Source of the DNA: an uncultured Acidimicrobiaceae bacterium
Lineage (GTDB): Bacteria > Actinomycetota > Acidimicrobiia > Acidimicrobiales > Salinilacustritrichaceae
Reading direction: 5' to 3'
NCBI GenBank assembly: GCA_963800295.1
Contig: CAWDAJ010000004.1
Coordinates: forward strand, 60,953-124,952
Length of the DNA: 64,000 bases
Part shown: piece by piece, positions 8,708 through 22,409 of the stretch
Position numbering within the stretch: position 1 is the stretch's first letter
Layout: the number at the start of each line of letters is the position of its first letter
The notes under the pieces: generated by a model
Told to the model about the DNA's origin: nothing
Seen by the model: the letters and a program-made list of their open reading frames with translations, nothing else
The model's database searches: none
Program-made: the position numbers and the translations under genes

Positions 8708-10075
8708 GTGAGCGACGGTCCTGATCCGGCATCGACCACGTCGGCGACTCCGACGTGGTCGGTGCGTGACCTCTCCGACGCCATCGGTGACCGACTGCGG
8801 TCTGCGTTCCCGTCGGAGGTGTGGGTCCGTGGCGAGATCCAGAACCTCAACCGGGCGAGGTCGGGCCACGTCTACTTCACCCTCTGCGACGACGGAGGCG
8901 ACGCCGGCGACCCGGCCCAGCTGTCGGTCATGCTCTCCGCCACGGCACGCACCCGGGTCAACCGGCTGCTGCTCCGCAGCGGCGGACGGGTCCGGATGAC
9001 CGACGGGACCGACGTGCGGATCCGTGGCCGGCTCGACTGGTACGGGCCGCGCGGACAGCTGCAGCTGCGCATGAGCTCCATCGATCCGTCCTTCACGCTC
9101 GGCCAGCTCGCCGCCGCACGAGCCGAGCTGCTGAGTCGTCTGCGCGACGAGGGCGTGCTCGACCGGAACCGCACCGTCGTCATGCCGTCGCTGCCTCTGC
9201 GCATCGGCATCGTCACCTCCACGGGAAGCGCTGCCGAGGCCGACGTGCTGCACGAGCTGCAACGATCCGGCTTCCGCTTCGAGGTCGTGGTGGCCGACGT
9301 GCGCGTGCAGGGTCCCGAGGCGCCCGCCACCATCGCAGCCGCTGTCGACGGTCTCGATCGCGAGCGCATCGACGTGATCCTGCTGGTGCGGGGCGGCGGC
9401 GCCGCCACCGACCTGGCTGCCTTCGACTCCGAGCTCGTCGCCCGGGCGATCACCCGGGCCCGGCGGCCAGTGGTCACCGGCGTCGGCCACGAGACCGACC
9501 GGTCGGTGGCCGACGAAGTGGCCCACACGGCGGCGAAGACGCCGACCGCCGCCGCCCAGCTGATCGCCGGCATCGTGGCCGCCGCGTTGGAGCGGGCCGA
9601 CCACGCCTGGCACGGCGTGACCGTCCGAGCCGAGCACGTCCTGACCCAGGCCGAGGACCGCCTGGCACGCCAGCGGGCCCGCGCCGTCGTCGCCGCCCGC
9701 TCGGCGACCCATCGCGAGACCGAACGCATCGATCACGCCGCCCGCCGGCTGGCGCGCACGGGCGGCACGGTCCTCCAACGCTCCGATCTGCGGTTGGACG
9801 AGGCCGGGCGCCGACTGGCCGCCTCGTCGGTCCGGTCGCTCCGTGACGCCGGCGCACGGCTCGACCTCGTCGAGGCGCGTGTTCGGGCGGTCGACCCGGC
9901 CCGGGCGCTCGAGCGCGGCTGGTCGCTCACCCGACGCGACGACGGCACGCTGGTACGGTCGGTCGCCGACCTGACACCGGGCACCACGTTGCACACGCGG
10001 GTCGTGGACGGCACCGTCACCACGACCGTGGTCGAGGTGGAGACCGCAGACCGGCCCGAGGACCACGGAACATGA
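8708..10075 (+). CDS. xseA: Exodeoxyribonuclease VII large subunit
   Basis: WSVRDLSDAIGDRLRSAFPSEVWVRGEIQNLNRARSGHVYFTLCDD (OB fold), VTSTGSAAEADV, VRGGGA, and a long coiled-coil C-terminus. It is followed by xseB. Confidence 0.92.
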   Translation: MSDGPDPASTTSATPTWSVRDLSDAIGDRLRSAFPSEVWVRGEIQNLNRARSGHVYFTLCDDGGDAGDPAQLSVMLSATARTRVNRLLLRSGGRVRMTDGTDVRIRGRLDWYGPRGQLQLRMSSIDPSFTLGQLAAARAELLSRLRDEGVLDRNRTVVMPSLPLRIGIVTSTGSAAEADVLHELQRSGFRFEVVVADVRVQGPEAPATIAAAVDGLDRERIDVILLVRGGGAATDLAAFDSELVARAITRARRPVVTGVGHETDRSVADEVAHTAAKTPTAAAQLIAGIVAAALERADHAWHGVTVRAEHVLTQAEDRLARQRARAVVAARSATHRETERIDHAARRLARTGGTVLQRSDLRLDEAGRRLAASSVRSLRDAGARLDLVEARVRAVDPARALERGWSLTRRDDGTLVRSVADLTPGTTLHTRVVDGTVTTTVVEVETADRPEDHGT

Positions 10076-10287
10076 GCGCCACGCCCGACCCTGAGCCCGC
10101 CGGCTACGCCGAGGCCATCACCGAGCTCGAGCAGATCCTGCGCGAGATCGAAGACGTCGAGGTCGACGTCGACGTCCTGGGCGAGCGGGTCACCCGTGCA
10201 GCTGCGCTCATCGAGTGGTGCCGGGCGCGCATCCTCGTCGCGCGCGAGGCGGTCGAGGAGGCCACCTCCGAGCTGACCGACGAGTAG
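10072..10287 (+). CDS. xseB: Exodeoxyribonuclease VII small subunit
   Basis: 71-aa acidic helical protein (YAEAITELEQILREIE...). Its ATGA start overlaps the xseA stop. Confidence 0.9.
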   Translation: MSATPDPEPAGYAEAITELEQILREIEDVEVDVDVLGERVTRAAALIEWCRARILVAREAVEEATSELTDE

Positions 10288-10318
10288 CCGGCGCTCTGGT
10301 GCGGGCGCCGGCGGCGCA

Positions 10319-11509
10319 TCAGCCCTGGCGCCGCCGGAGCTGGCCGAGCGACTCGAACAGGAACGCCACGTCGTGGTGGCGCAGCTCGACGAAGGAGCTG
10401 TCGGAGAGGCGGGCCCGCAGCAGCGAGTTGCGGAAGCCGGGCTCGAACCAGACCTCGTCCCAGCCGGGCACGTCGACGCGCACGGCGGCCGTGCTGCTGA
10501 GGTCGGCGTGGCGATCGACGAACTGCTCGGCCACCTCGAGCAGGTCGGGCCCGCTCGAGTAGAAGCGCACGATCTCCGAGCTGCTGCCGCCGCCCGGGGG
10601 GCTCCCGGCACGGAACACGGCGCCGTCATAGCTGTAGCCCGGCGGAGTGTCGAAGTCGGTCCCGAGCTGGGCCATGGTCTCCTCGTCGGCGGGCACGGCC
10701 ACCGTGCTGAAGGCGCCGGCCAGCTCGTCGGCGTCGTCGACCTCGGGCGTGGGGTCGAACATCGCCGGGTCGACGTCGATGCCGGTCTCGACGGCCGTGG
10801 CCGTCCGGTCGGTCACCGTGTTGCCGTCGATCTCCCAGTGCTCGCGGAGCAGGAGCCCGGCGTCGTCGATGCACAGGTCGGTGGTCTGGTCACTGCTGGG
10901 AGCGGTGGGTCCGCTGCCGTTGGTCGGCTCGCCGGTCCGGTAGACGGTGCACGGTCGCCCGGCCACCTCGTCGTCGCCGACCCGTTCGACCACGCCGAGC
11001 TGCTCCATGGCGCCGACGGCGCCGGCGGGGCGGAGGTCGAACGCAGCGCGATGCAGCTCCTTCTGCACGGTGAGCCACCCCGACTTGTCGGAGAGGTAGG
11101 TGCGCAGGTCGGTGCGCGACGTCGCCGTCCCCGACAGCTGCACGCCGTCTCGCGTCGACAGGACCAGCGACTCGTAGGGGCGGCGGACGGTGATGGTCTG
11201 CACGCTCGGCAAGCCGTTCTCCACCACGTCGTAGGTGATGCGGTACGTCAGCGGCGGGTCGGTGGCGGGCGGCGCGGCGAGCAGCGGCTCAAACGGCAAC
11301 GGGTCGGGAAGGGTCGTGGTGGTTGTGGTGATCTCGGGCAACGTCGTGGTCGTCGCTTGCGTGGTGACCGGGGCGGCCGCCGGCGAGCCGTCGCCGCCCG
11401 TCGTGCTCGCCACCACCGCCACCAGCACGATGCACACCACCACGGCGATGAGCGCCGGCACCAACGGATGGATGCGCGCCGCTCGCGACCGCGCCGTTCC
11501 CCGAGCCAT
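10319..11509 (-). CDS. Hypothetical membrane-anchored secreted protein (Thr/Pro-rich linker)
   Basis: The N-terminal TM helix LVPALIAVVVCIVLVAVVAS is followed by TTQATTTTLPEITTTTTTLPDP and a ~300-aa soluble domain. I recognise no family. Confidence 0.6.
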   Translation of the reverse strand: MARGTARSRAARIHPLVPALIAVVVCIVLVAVVASTTGGDGSPAAAPVTTQATTTTLPEITTTTTTLPDPLPFEPLLAAPPATDPPLTYRITYDVVENGLPSVQTITVRRPYESLVLSTRDGVQLSGTATSRTDLRTYLSDKSGWLTVQKELHRAAFDLRPAGAVGAMEQLGVVERVGDDEVAGRPCTVYRTGEPTNGSGPTAPSSDQTTDLCIDDAGLLLREHWEIDGNTVTDRTATAVETGIDVDPAMFDPTPEVDDADELAGAFSTVAVPADEETMAQLGTDFDTPPGYSYDGAVFRAGSPPGGGSSSEIVRFYSSGPDLLEVAEQFVDRHADLSSTAAVRVDVPGWDEVWFEPGFRNSLLRARLSDSSFVELRHHDVAFLFESLGQLRRRQG

Positions 11510-11598
11510 GTGACCAGCTTGCCAGCGGAGCGAAGACCGCTCGGCGTCGGGGCCCGCAGGGAGCGGTCCGCTGCCGGCACCCGTAGGCTGGAGGGCTC

Positions 11599-12681
11599 AT
11601 GGGACTTCCCACGCCGCCCCGCTCCGTCCCGGTCCCACCGAGCCTCGCCCAGGTCGCGCAACTGGTCGAGGACCGTCTCACCGAGGTGCTCGATGCCGAG
11701 GTCGACCGGTGGCGTGATCTCACCGAGGATCTCGTCGCGCCGCTCGACGCGCTTCGGCGCCTGGTCATGGCCGGGGGCAAGCGGCTGCGCCCTGCGTTCT
11801 GCTACTGGGGCTTCGTGGGGGCCGGCGGCACGGCCGACGATCCGTCCGTCGTCGATGCCGGCGCCGCCTTCGAACTGCTCCAGGCCTTCGCCCTGGTGCA
11901 CGACGACGTGATGGACGGCTCGGCCACGCGGCGGGGCTACCGCACAGCGCACCTCACGTTCTCCGATCGCCACCAGGCCGAGGTGTGGCGCGGCGAGCAG
12001 CGTCGCTTCGGCGAGGGCGTCGCCATCCTCATCGGTGACCTGGCCCACGTCTACGCCGACCTGCTGCTGCGAGACGCCCCGCGCGACGTGCTCGAGGTGT
12101 GGGACGAGCTCCGCATCGAGCTCAACGTGGGGCAGTACCTCGACATCCTCGGCACCGCCCGGGGCGACACCGACGTGGAGACCACGCGCCGCATCGCCCG
12201 GTACAAGTCGGGCAAGTACACCATCGAGCGGCCGCTGCACATCGGCGCCGCGCTGGTCGGCCGCTACCACGAGCTCGGTCCGCAGCTGTCGGCCTACGGC
12301 GACCCACTGGGCGAGGCCTTCCAGCTCCGCGACGACATCCTGGGCGCCTTCGGCGAGTCCGCCGTCACCGGCAAGCCCGTCGGCGACGACCTGCGCGAGG
12401 GCAAGCCCACGCCACTCGTTGCCGCCGCGTGCGCGCTGGCCGACTCCGGCCAGCAGGCCGTGCTCGACCGCATCGGTGCGGCCGACGGCGAGCTCAGCGA
12501 CGGCGACATCCTGGCCATCCAGCAGGTGCTCCGCGACACCGGCGCGCTGTCCGAGATCGAACGGCAGATCGAGCGCCTGGCGCTCGACGCCATCGATGCC
12601 ATCGGCGACGCAGACATCACCGCGCCCGCTCGCCAGGCACTGGTCGATCTCGCCCACTTCGTGGCCTGGCGCGAGACCTGA
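11599..12681 (+). CDS. crtE: Polyprenyl (geranylgeranyl) diphosphate synthase
   Basis: First Asp-rich motif LVHDDVMDGSATRRG and second FQLRDDILG. It sits directly upstream of crtI-crtB. Confidence 0.85.
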   Translation: MGLPTPPRSVPVPPSLAQVAQLVEDRLTEVLDAEVDRWRDLTEDLVAPLDALRRLVMAGGKRLRPAFCYWGFVGAGGTADDPSVVDAGAAFELLQAFALVHDDVMDGSATRRGYRTAHLTFSDRHQAEVWRGEQRRFGEGVAILIGDLAHVYADLLLRDAPRDVLEVWDELRIELNVGQYLDILGTARGDTDVETTRRIARYKSGKYTIERPLHIGAALVGRYHELGPQLSAYGDPLGEAFQLRDDILGAFGESAVTGKPVGDDLREGKPTPLVAAACALADSGQQAVLDRIGAADGELSDGDILAIQQVLRDTGALSEIERQIERLALDAIDAIGDADITAPARQALVDLAHFVAWRET

Positions 12682-12743
12682 CCTCGTCCGAGGTGCACTG
12701 GCCGCGACGTCATCCGGACGGCCGGCCGCTCCGTAGAAAGGGC

Positions 12744-14246
12744 GTGCGAGTCGTCATCATCGGCGCCGGCCTGGCCGGACTGTCCGCGGCCGCGCACCTG
12801 CGCGGCCGCGGGCACGACGTGCTGGTGCTCGAGCGGGCTCAGGTACCGGGCGGACGCAACGGGGTGCTGGAACTCGGCGGCTACCGATTCGACACCGGCC
12901 CCACCGTCTTCACCATGCCCGAGCTGCTGCGCGAACCGTTCACTGCGCTGGGGCAGGACATGGACGACTTCGTGCACCTGCACCCGGTCGACCCGATGTA
13001 CCGGGCCACGTTCCACGACGGCACGGAACTGCGGGTCTGGCACGGGCGCGAGCGCATGACGCGGGAGATCCGCGAGGTCGTCGGGCCCGACGCGGCACGG
13101 GAGTTCGGTCGCTTCGCCGACTGGCTCGGCTCGCTGCACGACGTCGAGCAGCCGAACTTCATCGACCGCAACTTCGATTCGCCGGTCGACCTGCTCCGTC
13201 CGATCGCACCGGCACTCCGCCTCCTGCGCCTCGGCGGCTTCGGCCGCCTGGCCAACCGCGTGGCCTCGCACTTCGACGACCACCGGCTCCAGAAGCTCTT
13301 CAGCTTCCAGTCGATGTACGCCGGTCTCGCTCCCTACGAGGCGCTCGCCCTGTACTGCGTGATCACCTACATGGACTCGATCGAGGGCGTCTACTTCCCC
13401 GAGGGCGGCATGCACGCCGTGCCCACCGGGCTCGCCGCCGCGGCGGAGAAGTGCGGCGTCGAGCTCCGCTACGGCGTCGACGTGGAGCGCATCGTCCTGG
13501 CCGAGGGCAGCACCGGGCGGGTGCGCGGCGTGCGCGTGCGCACCGCCACCGGCGACGAGTTCATCGAGGCCGACGCCGTGGTCTGCAACCCCGATCTGCC
13601 GGTGGCGTACCGCACGCTGCTGCCCGGGCTCCCCGAGCCCTTCGCCGTCCGGCACGGCCACTACTCGCCGTCGTGCGTCGTCTGGCACGTCGGCGTGGCC
13701 GGTCCCCTGCCGCCGGACACCGCGCACCACAACATCCACTTCGGCGAGCAGTGGGACGAAGCCTTCCGCGACCTGCTCGTCCGCGGCACCCGCATGCAGG
13801 ACCCGTCGGTGCTCGTGACCGTGCACAGCATCGACGAACCGTCGTTGGTGCCGGCGAAGGACGACGGACTCGAGCGCCACTCGCTCTACGTGTTGGAGCC
13901 GGTCCCCAACCTCGACGGACACCTCGACTGGACCACCGAGCGCCAGCGGCTGCACGACTCGCTGGCCCGCCGACTCGGTGCCATGGGCTACCCCGTCGAC
14001 CGCATCGAGGTCGAGGCCTTCGTCGACCCGACCGACTGGGAGCGCCAGGGCATGGAGCGGGGCACACCGTTCGCCCTTTCCCATCGCTTCCGCCAGACCG
14101 GCCCGTTCCGACCGAACAACGTGAACCGCCGCGCTCCGGGCCTGGTGTTCGCCGGCTCGGGCACGCTCCCCGGGGTCGGCGTGCCGATGGTGCTGCTTTC
14201 GGGCAAGCTCGCGGCACAGCGCGTCGACGCGTTGGGGGGACGATGA
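12744..14246 (+). CDS. crtI: Phytoene desaturase
   Basis: GTG start. VVIIGAGLAGLSAAAHLRGRGHDVLVLE (FAD fold), GGRNGVLELGGYRFDTGPTVFTMPEL, and the C-terminal GLVFAGSGTLPGVGVPMVLLSG. Confidence 0.9.
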   Translation: MRVVIIGAGLAGLSAAAHLRGRGHDVLVLERAQVPGGRNGVLELGGYRFDTGPTVFTMPELLREPFTALGQDMDDFVHLHPVDPMYRATFHDGTELRVWHGRERMTREIREVVGPDAAREFGRFADWLGSLHDVEQPNFIDRNFDSPVDLLRPIAPALRLLRLGGFGRLANRVASHFDDHRLQKLFSFQSMYAGLAPYEALALYCVITYMDSIEGVYFPEGGMHAVPTGLAAAAEKCGVELRYGVDVERIVLAEGSTGRVRGVRVRTATGDEFIEADAVVCNPDLPVAYRTLLPGLPEPFAVRHGHYSPSCVVWHVGVAGPLPPDTAHHNIHFGEQWDEAFRDLLVRGTRMQDPSVLVTVHSIDEPSLVPAKDDGLERHSLYVLEPVPNLDGHLDWTTERQRLHDSLARRLGAMGYPVDRIEVEAFVDPTDWERQGMERGTPFALSHRFRQTGPFRPNNVNRRAPGLVFAGSGTLPGVGVPMVLLSGKLAAQRVDALGGR

Positions 14247-15103
14247 CCCAGGTCACGCTCGAGCAGAGCTACGAGCACTGCCGGCAACTGAACAAGCGGT
14301 ACGGCACCACGTACTACTGGTCGGCCAACGTGCTGCCTTCGGTGAAGCGCCACCACGTGCACGCCCTGTACGGCTTCTGCCGGCACGCCGACGACATCGT
14401 CGACGACCTCGGCGACGTCTCGGTCGACGTGCGAGCCAAAGCGCTCGACGACTTCGGCGAACGGTTCTTCGAGGATCTCGACGCCGGCGCCAGCGACGAC
14501 CCGGTCCTCAAGGCGATGGTGCACACCGTCCAGGCGTTTCGCATCGACCCCGGCTGCGTCCGGCGCTTCCTGCGATCGATGACCATGGACCTCACGGTCG
14601 ACCGTTACGAGACCTACGACGACCTCCTCGACTACATGGACGGCTCGGCCGCCGTCGTGGGCGAGATGATGCTCCCCATCCTCGAGCCGACCGACCCGGC
14701 CGCCATCGGCGCCGCCCGGGCGCTCGGCAACGCCTTCCAGCTCACCAACTTCCTTCGCGACATCGACGAGGACCTCGATCGCGGCCGCGTGTACGTGCCG
14801 CAGGACGACATCCGTCGCTTCGGGGCCGAGCGGGCGTTCGAGACGCGCACCGCCACTCCTGAGTTCCGCGCCCTCATGCAGTTCGAGATCGCCCGCACCC
14901 GCGGTCTCTACCAGGAGGCGTGGGCGGGCTTCGATCACCTACCCGACCGGTCCGCCCGGTGCGTGCGCGCCGCCCACGTGCTCTACAGCCGGATCCTCGA
15001 CCGGATCGAAGCGCTCGACCACGACGTGTTCGCCGGTCGGGCCCGCGTGCCCACGTGGCAGAAGGTGGGCATCGCCGGACGGGCGTTGGTCGTCGGCCGC
15101 TGA
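14243..15103 (+). CDS. crtB: Phytoene synthase
   Basis: YEHCRQLNKRYGTTYYW, FCRHADDIVDD, YMDGSAAVVGEMM, NFLRDIDEDLDRGRVYVPQ. Its ATGA start overlaps the crtI stop. Confidence 0.92.
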   Translation: MTQVTLEQSYEHCRQLNKRYGTTYYWSANVLPSVKRHHVHALYGFCRHADDIVDDLGDVSVDVRAKALDDFGERFFEDLDAGASDDPVLKAMVHTVQAFRIDPGCVRRFLRSMTMDLTVDRYETYDDLLDYMDGSAAVVGEMMLPILEPTDPAAIGAARALGNAFQLTNFLRDIDEDLDRGRVYVPQDDIRRFGAERAFETRTATPEFRALMQFEIARTRGLYQEAWAGFDHLPDRSARCVRAAHVLYSRILDRIEALDHDVFAGRARVPTWQKVGIAGRALVVGR

Positions 15104-15105
15104 TC

Positions 15106-15921
15106 GTGCGCCCGGCCGAGCTCCTGACGCGATCGCGGCAGTCGGACGCTGCGCCGGCGCGCGGCGCCTCGCCGGCGTGGGCAACAGGGGCGGCGCTCCT
15201 CGGCTTCGCCGTGCTGGCGCTGTCGCAGGTGTCGCTCGCGCTGGTCGACGATCGCGCCACCGAGGAGTGGCTGGCCTCGGTGGTCGTGGTGAGCTTCGCC
15301 GTGACGGTCGCCCTCGTCATCGGTGCGCGGTGGGGCGCATCCCGCGCTGCGGGCGCGGTGGCCGTCGTGACGACGCTGACGCTCGCCGTCGAGTGGGCCG
15401 GCCACTCCACCGGGTACCCCTTCGGGGAGTACGACTACACCGGAGCGCTGGCACCCACGCTCGCCGGCGTGCCCGTCATCGTGCCGCTCGCCTGGTTCGC
15501 CATGGGCGTCGCCGCCCTCGAGGTCGGCCACCACATCGCCCGGTCGCGAGTCGGCGCCGTGGCGATCGGGGCGCTGGCGCTGACGGCGTGGGACCTGTTC
15601 CTCGACCCGCAGATGGTCGACGCCGGCTACTGGCAGTGGGCCACGCAGGGGTCGTACCACGGCATCCCCTGGACCAACTACGTCGGCTGGCTGGCCACCG
15701 GCGCCGTGGTGCTGGGCCTCGTCGAGCGGCTCCGACCACCGACGCCGCCTCCTTCCACCGGTCTCCTCGCCCTCTACAGCTGGTGGGCGGTGTCGTACGC
15801 GTTTGCGTTCGTCGTGTTCTTCGGCGCACCGGGTGTGGCGGTCGTCGGTGGGGCGGCGATGGGGGCGATCTCGCTGCTGGCGTGGACCGCTCGGGCAGCC
15901 AGGCGTCGGGTGGTGACCTGA
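15106..15921 (+). CDS. cruF: Carotenoid biosynthesis membrane protein (DUF422 / CruF-type carotenoid 1,2-hydratase family)
   Basis: Polytopic membrane protein with GYPFGEYDY, VPLAWFAMG, AWDLFLDPQMV and IPWTNYVGW, motifs I associate with the CruF family. It lies inside the crt operon. The start is uncertain. Confidence 0.7.
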   Translation: MRPAELLTRSRQSDAAPARGASPAWATGAALLGFAVLALSQVSLALVDDRATEEWLASVVVVSFAVTVALVIGARWGASRAAGAVAVVTTLTLAVEWAGHSTGYPFGEYDYTGALAPTLAGVPVIVPLAWFAMGVAALEVGHHIARSRVGAVAIGALALTAWDLFLDPQMVDAGYWQWATQGSYHGIPWTNYVGWLATGAVVLGLVERLRPPTPPPSTGLLALYSWWAVSYAFAFVVFFGAPGVAVVGGAAMGAISLLAWTARAARRRVVT

Positions 15922-15923
15922 CC

Positions 15924-17372
15924 GTGGCCTCGGTCGTCGTCGTGGGTGCCGGGGTCGGCGGGCTGGCCGCGGCCATCCGCATCGGCGCGGCCGGCCACGA
16001 CGTCACCGTGCTCGACCGCCTCGACCGGGCGGGCGGCAAGCTGGCCGAGCACCACGCCGACGGGTTCACGTGGGAGACCGGGCCGTCGCTGCTCACGGTG
16101 CCCGAGGTGTTCGCCGAGCTCGCCGCCGTGGCCGGCCGCGACCTCGACGACCTGGTCACGCTCCGCCGGCTCGACCCCATCTGCCGGTACCGCTTCCCCG
16201 ACGGTTCGGGCTTCGACCACCGCGCCGACCCCGCCGATGCGATCCGGGAGATCGAGACCTTCTCCCCTGGGCAGGGCGAGGCGTGGCGCGCGTTCATGGA
16301 GCGGGCCCGCACGATCTGGGACGTCTCCCAGCGCTCGTTCCTGGCGGGCGCGATGGCGTCGCCGCTCGACCTGGCCAGCCGCTCGGGGCGGCCCCGCGAC
16401 CTGCTCGACATCGACCCGTTCCGGACGCTGCACGGCCGGGCCAGCGCAACCTTCGACGACGAGCGCCTGGTGCGCTACGCCGACCGGTACGCCACCTACT
16501 CGGGGTCGTCGCCGTACCGGGCGCCGGCGACGCTGGCCTGCATCGCCCACGTCGAGCAGGATCTGGGCGCCTGGTACGTCGACGGCGGCCTCGGCCGCCT
16601 GGCCGACGCGCTCGTCGAGCTCGCCGCCGGCGTCGGCGTGGACATCCGCACCGGCACCGACGTGGCGTCGATCATCCAGGAGGGCGAGCGGGTGGCCGGC
16701 GTGCGGACGGCGGACGGCGAGCGCATCGCCGCGGACGCCGTGGTGGCCAACGTCGACGCGCTGCACCTGTACGGCGATCTGCTCCCCGGCACCCGCGGGC
16801 TACGGCGGGCGCGAGCCGCGCCCCGGTCGTCGTCGGGCTTCGTGCTGCTGCTCGGCGTGCGAGGTGCCACCGAAGGACTCGCCCACCACAACATCTCCTT
16901 CAGCGCCGACTACCAGGCCGAGTTCGCCGCGCTCTTCGACGACGGCCCGCCGCCGCTCGACCCCACCGTCTACGTCTGCGCCTCGTCGGTCACCGACCCC
17001 ACCCAGGCACCCGAGGGGCACGAGAACTGGTTCGTCCTCGTCAACGCGCCCACCGGCGCCGGCGACATGCCCGGATACGGAGACCACCTGCTCGACGTGC
17101 TGGCCGCCCGCGGCTGGGACCTGGCCGGCCGGATCGTGTACCGCGAGCAGATCACGCCCGCCGACATCGAGGCGCGCTACCGGGCGCCCGGCGGCTCGAT
17201 CTACGGGACCTCGTCCAACGGCCCGCTGGCTGCGTTCCTGCGACCGGGCAACCGCGGTCCGCTCGACCGTCTGTACCTGTGCGGTGGCAGCAGCCACCCC
17301 GGTGGCGGGCTCCCGCTGGTGGCGCTCAGCGGCCGCAATGCCGCCGACCTCTGCCTGGCCGACCTGGCCTGA
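15924..17372 (+). CDS. crtD: CrtI-family carotenoid desaturase (CrtD-like 3,4-desaturase)
   Basis: VVVVGAGVGGLAAAIRIGAAGHDVTVLD, AGGKLAEHHADGFTWETGPSLLT, and the C-terminal LYLCGGSSHPGGGLPLVALSG. This is a second CrtI paralogue following cruF. Confidence 0.75.
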   Translation: MASVVVVGAGVGGLAAAIRIGAAGHDVTVLDRLDRAGGKLAEHHADGFTWETGPSLLTVPEVFAELAAVAGRDLDDLVTLRRLDPICRYRFPDGSGFDHRADPADAIREIETFSPGQGEAWRAFMERARTIWDVSQRSFLAGAMASPLDLASRSGRPRDLLDIDPFRTLHGRASATFDDERLVRYADRYATYSGSSPYRAPATLACIAHVEQDLGAWYVDGGLGRLADALVELAAGVGVDIRTGTDVASIIQEGERVAGVRTADGERIAADAVVANVDALHLYGDLLPGTRGLRRARAAPRSSSGFVLLLGVRGATEGLAHHNISFSADYQAEFAALFDDGPPPLDPTVYVCASSVTDPTQAPEGHENWFVLVNAPTGAGDMPGYGDHLLDVLAARGWDLAGRIVYREQITPADIEARYRAPGGSIYGTSSNGPLAAFLRPGNRGPLDRLYLCGGSSHPGGGLPLVALSGRNAADLCLADLA

Positions 17373-17392
17373 GCCACCCCCCTCACAACTCG

Positions 17393-17440
17393 TTCACACG
17401 ACCAGAACGGACCCGAATCGGTCCGTTCTGGTCGTGTGAA
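17393..17440. terminator. Perfect 21-bp stem hairpin between convergent crtD and lacZ (bidirectional terminator candidate)
   Basis: ttcacacgaccagaacggacc - cgaatc - ggtccgttctggtcgtgtgaa, flanked by a C-run (17377-17384) and a G-run (17444-17452). Confidence 0.65.
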
Positions 17441-17452
17441 GCAGAAGGGGGG

Positions 17453-21780
<4,328 letters not shown>

Positions 21781-21790
<10 letters not shown>

Positions 21791-22377
21791 TTGGGCCGGC
21801 GCCGGTCTGCCCACGCCGCCTGGGCGAACCGCAACCCGATGATCGTCATCAGGGCGCCGGTGGCGGCCACGTGCGTGACCGGGTCGAAGACCAGCTGCAC
21901 GACCGGGAAGCCGAACACGCCGATCCGCGCACCGTAGGCGAACGAGCTCGCCAGCCAGACCAGCACGACCGCCGCGATGGCGACGGCTGCCGGCAGCGGC
22001 GCCACCACCGCCATGCCGCCGGCGAAGGTCAGCACCGACCGGCCGCCCCGGAACCCGGCGAACACAGGGTAGGCGTGGCCGATCATCGCTGCGGCCACGG
22101 CCAGGTACGCGATCCACCACGTCGGCCCGTCCAGGAGCACGCCGACGCCGGCGGCGGCCGCGCCCTTGGCGACGTCGCCGACGAACACGGGCAGCGACCC
22201 GGAGCGCCCGAGCTGGTCCTTCACGTTCCAGTAGCCGGGGTTCCGGTCGCCGACGTGCCGGGGGTCGAACCCGTGCGACCGGGCCACCAGCACGGCCACC
22301 GGGATCGAACCGAGCAGGTACCCGACCGCCGTCGAACCAACGGCGGCAGCGACGTCGACGGCGACCAGCACGGACAC
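21781..22377 (-). CDS. plsY: Glycerol-3-phosphate acyltransferase PlsY family
   Basis: 198-aa polytopic protein. GYLLGSIPVAVLV, GDRNPGYWNV, FKGGRSV-like FRGGRSV. Its 3' end overlaps the GT2 gene by 10 nt (convergent). Confidence 0.8.
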
Positions 22378-22409
22378 GAGTCTGCCGACGCCAATAGGTT
22401 CGTTGCCGC

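Noticed and set aside
5398-8724. 1108-aa plus-strand ORF spanning the thiolase and GGDEF-EAL loci
   Set aside because: It runs antisense to two genes that have unmistakable family motifs. Its translation is low-complexity Gly/Arg/Asp/Val-rich with no motifs, a typical GC-driven shadow ORF.
7943-10066. 707-aa minus-strand ORF antisense to xseA
   Set aside because: It is Arg/Gly/Pro-rich with no recognisable domain, and xseA on the opposite strand is clearly real.
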